A DNA stretch of 63,857 bases, the filler included, from Phoronis australis (lineage: Eukaryota; Animalia; Phoronida), in NCBI GenBank assembly GCA_002633005.1. It is 13 parts of 13 records of this genome, joined end to end, with 100 filler letters (N's around TTAATTAATTAA, not from the genome) between each part and the next. Parts side by side here need not be neighbours in the genome. Positions count along the whole stretch, not along the records: positions 34,820 to 59,896 come from NMRA01000426.1; positions 59,997 to 62,262 come from NMRA01003763.1; 11 more parts are not named here. One strand, 5' to 3'. This document shows positions 49,601 to 60,474 of this stretch, one piece after another; position 1 is the stretch's first letter, and the number at the start of each line of letters is the position of its first letter. Both the position numbers and the translations under genes were made by a program. Under the pieces are notes generated by a model, which searched no databases, had not been told where the DNA came from, and saw nothing but the letters and a program-made list of their open reading frames with translations.

Positions 49601-52600
49601 CCGCTCATGTACATTGCTCCTTGCTAGTTCAATGGCTTAGTTTTGTCCCTTATATTTACCGTCAATCTTAATGAACTTGTACGTAACAAAATAAACACTG
49701 TGTACTGTTCGTTTTCTTCACTGTCTTAATCATATTTTCTAAACTTAGAATAAGTAAAGCTTGTGTAAAAATGTTCCACCTCCATTTTGGTTGATATGAA
49801 CTCTGATGAGACTGATCATCGTTCACATATATCAGTCTGATCATCGTTTACAGCATTATTCTTAGGATCGTTTTTGGTCAGTGACAAGAATTCGTATAAA
49901 TTACTAGGGCTGATGAAAAAATTTGGATCTTATATTACACAATTCGTTAATATTAATTCTTATCAACATCTTATAACATGTCATACCATTCTTAGAAATA
50001 GTCGAAATTAATCTATTTTAAAAAAACATTTGTAACAAATTTGATCAACCATAATTGATTGTGTTCACCTGTCGGGCACAAGCTGATATAGTGCCTGTGT
50101 ACACTTATGCACGCGCAGATCAGTGTAGTGCTTGTGTGCACTTGTCGTACACGTGCATATATACATGTATAGAGGGACGAAGGGACATTTACCCCGGACT
50201 GCTCCACCGAGAGAGGGCACTGTCTGAAAAGGGACTCCTTAAAATGAAAGGCTAAGCATCATTAAGCTTGGAAAAAAGTGCACAGTTATAACTCAGTTAT
50301 TAGAAAACACGATGAAATAACCGGAAATTGACATGATCCATGCGTCTCTGGCTCACAAGATAATTCATTTAATAACTTCAGGTGTGTTGAACACATGGTG
50401 TTAAGAGGTAAAATGCTGCTCTTCTGTTCAAATCTGCCCTCTTGCGACATCCCAACAGGGGTCTAGACCTTATTTAAAAAATTCACGACTGGGGTGGAGA
50501 GTGGTCAGTCAAGTTGGGGGCGACCGAAGGTCAGCGGGTTTAAAGTCGGTCGGGCCAGGGAATGGCAGTCTAAGACACCTATATCGTATGCACACTCGCC
50601 CAAAACAGTCGACACACGATGCCTATTGAATATATAGGTCATCTAGAGGAATTTTTTTATCAGGCAAATCTTACGTTAACAGGATTTGCACGCAAGTCGG
50701 ACGAAAAAACGTGCACTGTTTACCTCAGAGTATCCAGAGAATTCCTGTCGGTACTTCAAAGGCTTGATGACGCCGTCACGGATTGAAGTGAGCTTATAGT
50801 CGCTATTCATGGACTGGGTTGAACGTGCTGGATGATCGTTGCAGTCGTAACCACCCCTCTTAAGCGTACAAGTTTCAAAGTCAAAAACCCCCCGAATATT
50901 ACAAGTAAGGCAAACGACCAACATTACTGTTTTTAAAATTGTAAAGGAAAAAGTATCCGTCTTTGACTTTTTAAAATGTGCACATTATACGAGAAATTAG
51001 CGAATTCGGTTTTCTTCAGCACCGCGGCTAAGCCACAAGCATTAATTGCAGGGGTTAGTCACAGTCTAGCCCTGGCAAGCTTAGGCGTTGGCGCAACAAA
51101 ACCCCAAATGTTACCGTAGGAGTTGTCTCATGTGCTTGAAGTTCTCTATAAACCAGGAAAATGTCATTTTTATCAAATCGACTATCAGCTGTTCGGTATA
51201 TTCTATCAGGCGTACATAGGACTATAAAATGACTAACTTCAGTAATTAAATAACATAAGAATGAAACCACTTGTTAAACCAAAAAACACCTACGAGTTCC
51301 ATTCCGACTACTGTATAACCACAGAAAGCGAGAAGTGTTAGCTTATGCCTTATTTCCCGACTTGATGTTTTAAGACCCGTCTCAAGACAATGAGGGTACC
51401 GAGGCAACGTACATTGACACTCAATCGATGTTGTGAGACTAAATTGAACCAATCGACAACGTCACTGAGTGTAACGGGTTTTTCCAGGATTGTTGACGTA
51501 CTACCAAAGTCACCGCCTATGGAGGGCTCATTTTTCCCCTTCCTTCAAATGTCCTGTCTACAGCAAATATAAAACGGGTTACCAAGCCATGCAGTTAAAA
51601 TTATTAATATCACTAGTCCACACCACGATAGCAAATAAATGTGCACCTCGAACTGCAACACATCTCCGCCATATGACACTGTGTCATCATGTTGCGCTAA
51701 ATCGTTTCGATAACAATTTTGGACAAAAAAATATTTCATTGACAACGTGATGAGGCGGCACGTGAATTGGTCCAAAAATTAGCCTTTATAGTGCCGGTGA
51801 AGCTTCATCAGGGTCTGTCAAGCCGCTTTAACCTAACAAAGCAAGGGAACATTATGGAATATATGGACGTATAAAAATGCGTAGTCGACACAAGTGTCCT
51901 ATTACCACAAACGCGAGTTTTAAATGCAAATGCACGTTCATCAGAGAAAGTAAGCTGGGGTAGGTCAGTGATTTGCAAACGAGAACAATGTAATGCTCCC
52001 AATACGGCACAATGAACAATATGCTTACAAGGGAATTTCATTACTACATAATGTAATTAAATCAACGACGGACGACAGCTAGGATGTTGACTGTATGCGA
52101 CCACAGTAAATAATTTTAAATAAGTAACAGTGAATAAATAAAGCACTTAATAGATAAACAAATAAACGGATATATACTGAGTACTATAAAATGAATATTA
52201 CTTTCCAAATCGCCGGTGTAATCCGGTTCACATCTGCTGAGGTCAGTGCTTCCATCGTAGAAACAACTGTGCGCTGAGTTGGAATTGATGGCTGTAAATG
52301 CTGTGAGCGCGGGGTACCAACTGAAAAGAGCGGAGGTCGTAACGGCTGGGTACTCACATCAGAATTATGTTGTTACTCCGGCGCTGAGAATAGTATGAGA
52401 ATAATAAGGTTTTGACCAGACATTGGGACAAAACAGTGAAAACATTTTGGGATTCTGTGTTTCATTTCCAAAACATCCTGTGACACAGTAACACTCAGTC
52501 ACTACATTTTAGATGGCACGAGTTGACCCACTAATGCTTCCTACGTCACCCGCATGGGATCAATTCATCTCTGACCTTTCATTTGACACCTACCGCTGGA

Positions 52601-53317
52601 GGATTTCTTCGACTATTGTATGATGCAGCCGTGAATTGCGTAAGAGAAAGGTATATCCAGAGGGCACAAGATGAATTACAGTCTGGTCCCATTGTGGAAC
52701 CGGGAACTTGCAGTATTTGAACGCTGACACGGGTAACCTTCCTAGGTTACCCGTGTCAGCGTTGCCTATAGGGGCAACTGAGCGTTTTAAAAATTATCTG
52801 GTAGTGTTCATTTGCCCTTATCACGGAAATCCCCGCTCGATGGCACAGGCGGTTTTATAAGTACTCAGGTCAGTCGAGGATGCTGTTTTTTTTATTCGTG
52901 TTTCCTATGGCACGCTTTGCTGTTTGATCAATGCCGGCGGCACTCACTCTGACGTGGGTATATATCTGTACTAGCTGATCAAAGTGATCAGTGCCGGCGG
53001 CACTCATTCTGACGTGGGTATATTACTAGCTAATCAAATGGATCAGGTTTCTAATCATCTTCCTTCACATGAGTTTTGGACAATTATAGCGAATGACTGT
53101 TTTCACATATTACTTTGGAAATTTCTAAGTTTGATTTTGAAATTATAACAATGCGTGAAGCAAGATGTGATATCAAATGCCAAGATGGACGCGTTGATGA
53201 GTATGCACTGAATTAGACTAAAGCATTCGGTTTGTCACTCACTATAGGCCTAGTTCAGCTTGACCCCCGTTCCAGGCACAGCTGATCCCCGGTGGAGCCG
53301 ATACTCTGAAGGCAACA

Positions 53318-56300
53318 ATGGACTATCAGGAGAAGATAAGACTGATTCGTACACTGGTTGATCTCATCATGTTTGTTATTAGTAAGTAGACATTGTGGCA
53401 AACTCAAGTTGTACAAATTCGTATTTGTCGAAGGACTATAAACCATTGTCCATCGCGAAATGTTCAGCGAGACAACTTACCGTGATGAAATTTGACTCTT
53501 ACTGTTCCTCAGTCGAATCAAATTGAAGGCGATTCTAGAGTTTAATTCCAAGGAACTACAGGTTAGTATTACTTGAGACCAGCTAGGCTTACTAACGTTA
53601 GTACTACTTGAGAACAGCTACCGGGCTTACTAACATATGGCTACTGAAGTGACGGGTTGTTCATGCGCCGCGGCCAGGTTAGTATCAGTGGCGGATCTAG
53701 GAAACCATAAAGGGGGGTCCTAACATGTTGCCTCGGGGAATTGGAAAAGCGCGTTTTATGTGCGCAGGCCACCCGAAAGTTGCGGGGGTCGGGTATGTGA
53801 ACTTGTGGCGGGCCCCCTGCCCCCCTAGATCGGCCTCCTATGAGTATTAATTGAGATCAGCTAGGCTTCAACACGGCTAAGTGGCGAGTTGTTCATGCGC
53901 CTCGGCCAGGTTAGTATTACTTGAGACCAGCTAGACTCTACCATGTGGCTTGAGGTGACTTGTGGCCTATGATCGTGAAGCCAAGGGAGAACTGTGAGTT
54001 CTGTGCAAACCCGGAAAGGAACAAACCGAGGCCGATTTTATGGTGTAAAGTGGTCTAAATCATAAGTTCCCTTCTTGGACTGAACACAGTTTCATTATAA
54101 TCGCTGAATTGTTTTATTCAGATGTCCAATGAGTCAACATCAAAGTTTACTTCTTGGACAGAACGCTGTTTCATTGTAGCCGCTAAACTGTTTTATTCAG
54201 ATGTTCATTGAGTCAACATCATTTACTCATTTATCATGCAAACTTGTCAAACTTGAGAAGGAACTAAATGAAGGTGACCTAGATTCGCTAAATGTTATCA
54301 TGCAAAGAACCTCTTAGCATCACGTCTTGTACTTATTTATCATGTTTATAGTTTCCTTAAGTTGTTTGATATTAAAGATTAGTCCACCGACAGACGGAGC
54401 TAAGTAACCATGCGCACACCTAGCCTTTTAAAATGTTTAATATGGGGGGGCTCGAATTTCTGACAATGTAGACCTCTTGCTGACAAAAAAGCAAAAAAGG
54501 GAGAGGACTAAGTAAACGAGGTACCGGGGTATCACATTCACTGTGCGTTTAGCAGACAAAACATTAAAATACCTTATTCTTCGTGATAAAAATGCACGTT
54601 TCACATTCAACTAGAAATATCGTATATAGTGCATATTCGTACACGTCTAAATCACAATCAAGGTCCATATTCGAGAGTTGACAGTGTTACGGTATAAAAT
54701 AATTTTTATGGTCAATTACCAAATGCCAACTGAATCTCATATGCAAAGAATTATTTAGTTGTGTAAATTTAAAAAAAAATCATCAAAATCGGACAATGTC
54801 TGAGAAATTTATGCACGTTTTTGTCTATGAATTTCATGCATTTTTAGCGTTACGAATGGCCATTTTAAACATTACAATTTTCAAATGTCAACAGTAGGAA
54901 AGAAATTTATTTTATTAAGTAAGCAACTGCTTAGATATGACTGGGAATAACTTGAGTCACTTTCAGAATCACTTTGATGAAGTTGTGCTTAATCATTGAG
55001 AAATGGTAGGGTTCATCATAACACAGGCACTCCTTACGAAATTTGTAAATTCTGTGTTTCTAACCCTCACCTACTGTAAAGAAGGTTAAAACCTAAAGTT
55101 CACACTCTGTAATAAAAAGAACTGAAGAATATGTTAGCCTAGGCAACACAGCAAATTATTCAATATCTAAACAAACCAAAAGTTTACGGCAATTTTGGAA
55201 ATTTACAATTCGTGTCACGAAGCAGTCCAGCGCTCGATTTCGTCCCCAAATGCTCATTCTACAGAGGTTAGTCCCCCAAGGTGCTTCCGCTGTTGGCCTC
55301 TTTTTCGCACAGGCTGTAACCCCCAGGAGTTCATGCTGCCCTTGCGGTTTTTACACACAGTGACTGTGTCGGCCATTTGCATACAAACCTTTGATCAGCA
55401 CTACACAGTGACTGTGTCGGCCATTTTGGCACCTGACAACGAAACAGCTGGCGAAGTCGTCGCCTCGATTTCAGATAATTTTGAGCTAGGAACCAGTCGT
55501 TCCTAGCTTTGACTGAAAACCTTTCTTTTTAATCATCGATTTACAATGAAACCACAAAAACGCAGCGTATTTTAGGGTTTTATAGCCCGGGTCGAAGGTA
55601 ATAAGTTCAGTGGATCGTAAAACTGAAATCGAATATAGACCGATCCGTCGTGCACACCAGGTTATAAGGGCCTCGGAGAGCAGTGCTGCTCTCCCTTCGA
55701 TCGTTATCATATTAATACTGCCCTCGGGACTTGCATAATGCTCAAACACGTAGCTTCGGCGCAAACACTTGCGTGAAAAGCCATTGCCATGTTACCAAAA
55801 TAGCAGCAGGATGGATGTGTAAGTTGTGATTAATGCAGATTGTACAGATCAAATGCAACATTCTCAGTCTTGGTGTGCTTTCAACAGGAGTCAGTAGCAG
55901 ATAAACGTTAAAAATACAACGATCGTGGGTTAGTACAATTCATTGTCGACAATATCTAGCTGTGCCTCTGGTTACTACTCTACGAAAAGACAAGTTGTTT
56001 ACGATACATTGGTGGCTTTGTTTCCAGCTGTGATTGGTATGATCTTCTCAAATGGCATAGCACAACCCTTCCAACGAGGATTCTTTTGTGACGACGAAAG
56101 CCTGAAATACCCTTTCAAGCCAAGCTCCATCTCTTACCTGTTTCTAATGCTCTCATGTGTTGGAATTGCAACGTTCGCGGCAAGTTGCTGTTTTGTTTGT
56201 CCTATATAATTTCATTCAATAGTAGACGACAACGACGAAACATCTACGTCGATAATGTACAGTATAAGTTATAATTTTGTTTCCACATCACATATTTGGT

Positions 56301-58412
56301 TACGATGCTGGCGCGTTAAATGACGGGGATACCGTCGACGGTTCTTTTATAAGCGTGTTTTGTCAAACATTGACGAAGCGCTTTACGCTTTCGTCACTTG
56401 TATGGACGCATTGCCATTCGAGTGCATAATGCGGAAGTATGCGGAACTACTCGAGGGTTTTCAAAGGTGAGCGCTTTTGGTCCATGTGATAACAACAGAC
56501 CAATACGAAGGCTGGGAAAACGACGTGTAGTCCTACACAAAGAAATAATGGAATAGACCTAAATGAGGGGGGAAAGGAGATTTTATTTATTATTCGGGAC
56601 ATATGCCGATCGTAAAAATGATTTACCCAGTGATTCAAAAAGAACACTCTCGCAAACGAAAACGCATACAATTTTCAGTTCTCTNGGGGGGCGGTTGTTT
56701 CGGCAAATGAAATTATGATTTTAAAATATTCACTACAGTCAGTTCCATTTAATTCCTGGAGAATAATGGCACGTTTTCGTAACTTGCGATTGTTGTGATC
56801 TCCAGCACAGACTCATTCTATTTATTTTTTTCTTCTCTTCTCCTTTTTTGTTGTTCACCAAATAATATTTGTAAATGAATGTGAACGCGTGCTGACTGCT
56901 GCAATCGGACGCGATTAGATTGTCAACATTCATTCTTTTTGATAAAGACAGAAAAGCGCTGACGCACCCTTGTGTTCATTTTCAGATCCTTGCTGTAGAA
57001 GGCATCCGCTACAAGAATAATGCTGACGAATTCCCAGCTGTCCGTGTCGGTCCATGTAAAGTTCATGGTTACGTCTATGCTTGTTATTGTACTATTGGAC
57101 TGTTCGTATTTGGTATGGGGATAACAAAGTTCTGCACCGACATGACGAAGCCGGCCGTCGGTCGACTTCGGCCATATTTTCTGACTGTATGCAACCCCAA
57201 TTATGCCGAGTTGAACTGCAGCGGTTACGTGGAAGGGGACGTCTGTGACCCGAGTGTAGATGCCGGGGTTCTTACTGAGGCACGGTAAGTTGATTTCAAA
57301 CTGAAGACGATTGGGTTAACCTAATTCAGTAGTGTACCGACCATCTTAAATATAAAGAGAATCAAGCAACAAAGATGAGTGCAGTGTTCATCACCAAGGC
57401 CTTGTCAATTATTCTCTTGTCCATAAAATACACTCTAATATGATTAATGTACCATGACAAACCGAGAGGTCAGTTTTATACTAACTTGAGAAATGGTGCA
57501 GGTACAAAGTCAGTAGGGATTTTCACATCGACTGCAACTTAAGACGGCCGAGTTGAGGCATTCTTAAAAGAACAATTAGTCGATAACCAAACTGACTTTC
57601 GAAACAGCCGCGCCATATTGAAATTCACTGACCCGCCAGACGGCGATCAGGTCTTTGGTGGACAGGTGTTCAGCGCCACCTACCCATTTAGTGCGGACGG
57701 AAGATTTCAACCTACTTGTGTAAAACAGTCTTTTAGCACATTCCCTGCTATTCTAATGCCGACAAATTTCCTCTGCATGAAGGCATGCGCGCATCCGGGG
57801 GGCGGGGAAAAGTGGGCAGAACGTCCGCCTCAGACAAACAAAAAGTCCGAGAGAACTAGACAAAAGTACACTAAAAAGGCGCAACACACAAGTCAAAACT
57901 CTGAACGTGGTGCCCCGTTTTTTTTCTTAGTCCTCTCGCTTTTTTGTTAGTAAAATTAGTGAAAGGTCCACATCGTCAGAAATTGGAGCCCTCTCATATT
58001 AAAGGCTGGGTGCGCGCATGGAAGGTATATTCGCGACAAAGCCAATGGCTGCCGCTGATATAGCGGGAGAATTTCGATACCAGTCGGTGTCAAAAATTTA
58101 AAATAAAGTAGTGAACTTGATCTAATCAAACAGTGGGAGGGGCTGACAGTGGAATGTATTCCTTTGCTTTTGTATTTATGAGCCACTATGTAGTAACTGT
58201 AGTACACCAAATCTGAGCCAATCGAAAGTCACTTTCGTCCTCTTGTTACTATAGATAGCGCTAATATGAAAATTCATCTCTTCAAACCAGAGGACAGCCC
58301 TAGCAAAAAGAAAGCTTCTAAGTTGTTGATCCAACTAATGTGGTCTTGTTCCAGGCAATCGTTCATTTCCGGCCATTCCAGCCTTGCTATGTTCGCTGGT
58401 GTCTATGTGACT
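53318..58412 (+). CDS. PLPP: Phospholipid phosphatase, PAP2/wunen family, paralog 2; first 4 coding exons, 3' exons not in contig
   Basis: Exons 53318-53381 (MDYQEKIRLIRTLVDLIMFVI), 56028-56179 (QPFQRGFFCDDESLKYP; GC donor), 56986-57284 (C1 KPAVGRLRP) and 58355-58412 (C2 SFISGHSS). Lengths 64/152/299/58 are identical to paralog 1. Confidence 0.93.
53686..53842. mobile_element. hAT-like MITE (CAGTGGCGGATC family) with 5-bp TSD AGTAT
   Basis: agtat|cagtggcggatctagg...cctagatcggcctcctatg|agtat, inserted in one unit of a local tandem repeat (53558-53940). Confidence 0.85.
57784..58020. mobile_element. MITE with 5-bp TSD GAAGG
   Basis: gaagg|catgcgcgcatcc...gggtgcgcgcatg|gaagg. Confidence 0.85.
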
Positions 58413-58546
58413 GTGAGTATGGCGTAACGTGGCCTGATTTTCAACGAGCTTGAAACGTAAAACGTGGATAACTAAACATTTTAAAATTAAAGCGTTTTCA
58501 ACCTGTGCTTTCTGTTAAAAGCAAGTTTTAAATTAGGGCACTTACC

Positions 58547-59640
58547 GCCGATTTCATAAAGGTGGTTCAATTTAGACCAGGATTAAAGAAAATCTACAAT
58601 TCATAAAGCTGGTTTAACTTTTAGACAAGTGGTTTAGTAAAACCTGGTTTAACTCCAGTTTAACGCAGTCGAATGATAAAACAGATTAATACGGGCATCA
58701 TAAGACTGGCCCGAAGTCGATTAGCTGTAGAGACCAGAGTATCATGCAGCAAAAGTGTTAGCGATTCTGTGCAACTGGATGCTGCCGTCGCAAAATGAAA
58801 GTTATTTCATTAAATTGTTTGTTATAATCGTTTATATAATTAATTGTACAAAACGTATAAGTCCCATTCGCACGATTTTAAACACAAAATTGCTCTAATG
58901 TACTCGATTGAACAAAGTTAGAGTTTCTTCAATACTTGCTTTCGTGCAATAGTTTTGCAAGATTCCAACAGACATTTCTGCACGTAATGCCGCAAAAATG
59001 CTTTTATGACTGAGATTTACGTTCGCATCCCATGACGACAGTCTGCCTCTGGGTTTTGGCTGGTTTTCAGTCCGCATTGTTTGAACCAGCGCCCAGAGGA
59101 GCTTAGTGTGTGCTTTGTGATGTCCTCGTCTACTCGTTTCGCGTATCGTCCAGTGTAGACTACGGTGCTTCTTGAGCGCGTTGAGGCATGCTCCATGGTT
59201 TTGTGTAGACTGCATCGACTGTGTCTGATAAGGTGACAGCATATTCAAACGTAGACCGATGCCTAGTAGAGCAGGATGTCTCAGAATACGACTGACCGAG
59301 CATGACGCACGTAACCGTTACGGATATCGCTGACGTCATCGTCTCCCGCTATCAAGTCTAAGACTGACTTAGTCCCCACCGGTTTTCTTTACAGCTTTTT
59401 CACCTATTTCCTTCAGGGCCTTCATTTTTTAGCGTTTCCAAATTCCCATTTGTCGCTGGTTTTTTTCCAATTGGGGAGAAGTGTGCTGCTAGTCTGGAGT
59501 CAATGCCTCTCCAAGTCTGCTGCTTACGGTCGGTTTTCTTTTTCTGTATAGCACCGGCCTTTTTCTCTCATAAGTTCTGTGAGGAAAACTTTTCAAGTTC
59601 CTCAGGAGATGAAGTTTTCTGACTTTTTTCGGCTCATTTT
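58547..59640 (-). mobile_element. Harbinger-like element relic with decayed Myb/SANT-like gene
   Basis: Terminus-like ccgatttcataaag...ggtttaa motifs at 58547-58665. Minus strand 59370-59637 gives, with frameshifts, MSRKKSENF.PEEL...QQTWRGI...KWE...ALKEIG...KTGG. Confidence 0.5.
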
Positions 59641-59662
59641 GTTTTGTGAGAGCCAGCAACAC

Positions 59663-59896
59663 ATGCTTACACTCACTATCATGGTAACTACGTGCCATTT
59701 AGTTATGTGCTTACACTCACTACCATGTGCCATTTAGTTACGTGTTTACACTCACTACCAGGTACCATTTAGTTACGTGCTTACACTCACTACCGCGTGC
59801 CATTTAGTTATGTGCTTACACTCACGACCACGTGCCATTTAGTTACGTGCTTACACTCACTACCACGTGCCATTTAGTTATGTGCTTACACTCACG
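59663..59896. repeat. Minisatellite, about 33-35 bp x about 6.5, running into gap
   Basis: gtgcttacactcactaccacgtgccatttagtta(c/t) units. Confidence 0.92.
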
Positions 59897-59996
59897 NNNN
59901 NNNNNNNNNNNNNNNNNNNNNNNNNNNNNNNNNNNNNNNNTTAATTAATTAANNNNNNNNNNNNNNNNNNNNNNNNNNNNNNNNNNNNNNNNNNNN

Positions 59997-60474
59997 TCGT
60001 GTGCGGGAAGATTCGAAGTGATTTCAGTTGTGGGAGGGATTCAAATGTTGTTGGGCAGACTTTGATTAGAACGTGCTTTTGTTGAGAAGGTGTGAAATTG
60101 AGTGTCAGCTCTTGTAGATTGGACAGGCTGTCAAACACAGAGCCTTGTATGTTGCGACTGACATCACATAAGTTCAAAGACAGAATTCGGAGTTCTGCAA
60201 ATCGACTTAAGCCATTTTGCTTGAGTTGCTCAAGCTTGCAGCTGTCTGTCAGTGTTAGTGAAATGATGCTCTTTGGCAGTGATGTTACCATGGCGTCATA
60301 AGATGGAAACATTTGACTGTATGATTCAGCTTCATTAAAGCTATAACTTGCTGTGCATCTGGTCAGGCACTGGGTTGAATTGTTCTCTGATGCATACACT
60401 TGGCTTTGTGACATAATAACAACTATTACTAGCTGTAGGAGACTACACCTTACCACCAGCACCCCAACTGTCAT
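59997..60474 (-). CDS. Secreted/membrane leucine-rich-repeat protein, Toll-like receptor-like N-terminus, truncated by gap
   Basis: Signal-peptide-like start, Cys cap (CLTRC), then LRRs LPKSIISLTL, FAELRILSLNLC, VFDSLSNLQELTL and FESLPQLKSLRI. Splice acceptor tattctag lies just upstream of the ATG. TIR domain not visible. Confidence 0.8.

Noticed and set aside
49803-49850. CTGATGA followed by a 7-bp stem as a hammerhead ribozyme
   Set aside because: No GAAA after stem II; explained by a local duplication of ctgatcatcgtt.
55943-56027. ORF-track N-terminus (MSTISSCASG...) as the start of PLPP paralog 2
   Set aside because: Intronic read-through. The acceptor at 56027 and the 64-nt first exon at 53318 match paralog 1 exactly.
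24144-60474. An immune gene cluster (FReD plus TLR-like) linked to the PLPP pair
   Set aside because: The genes sit on different contigs separated by artificial spacers, so linkage cannot be shown.
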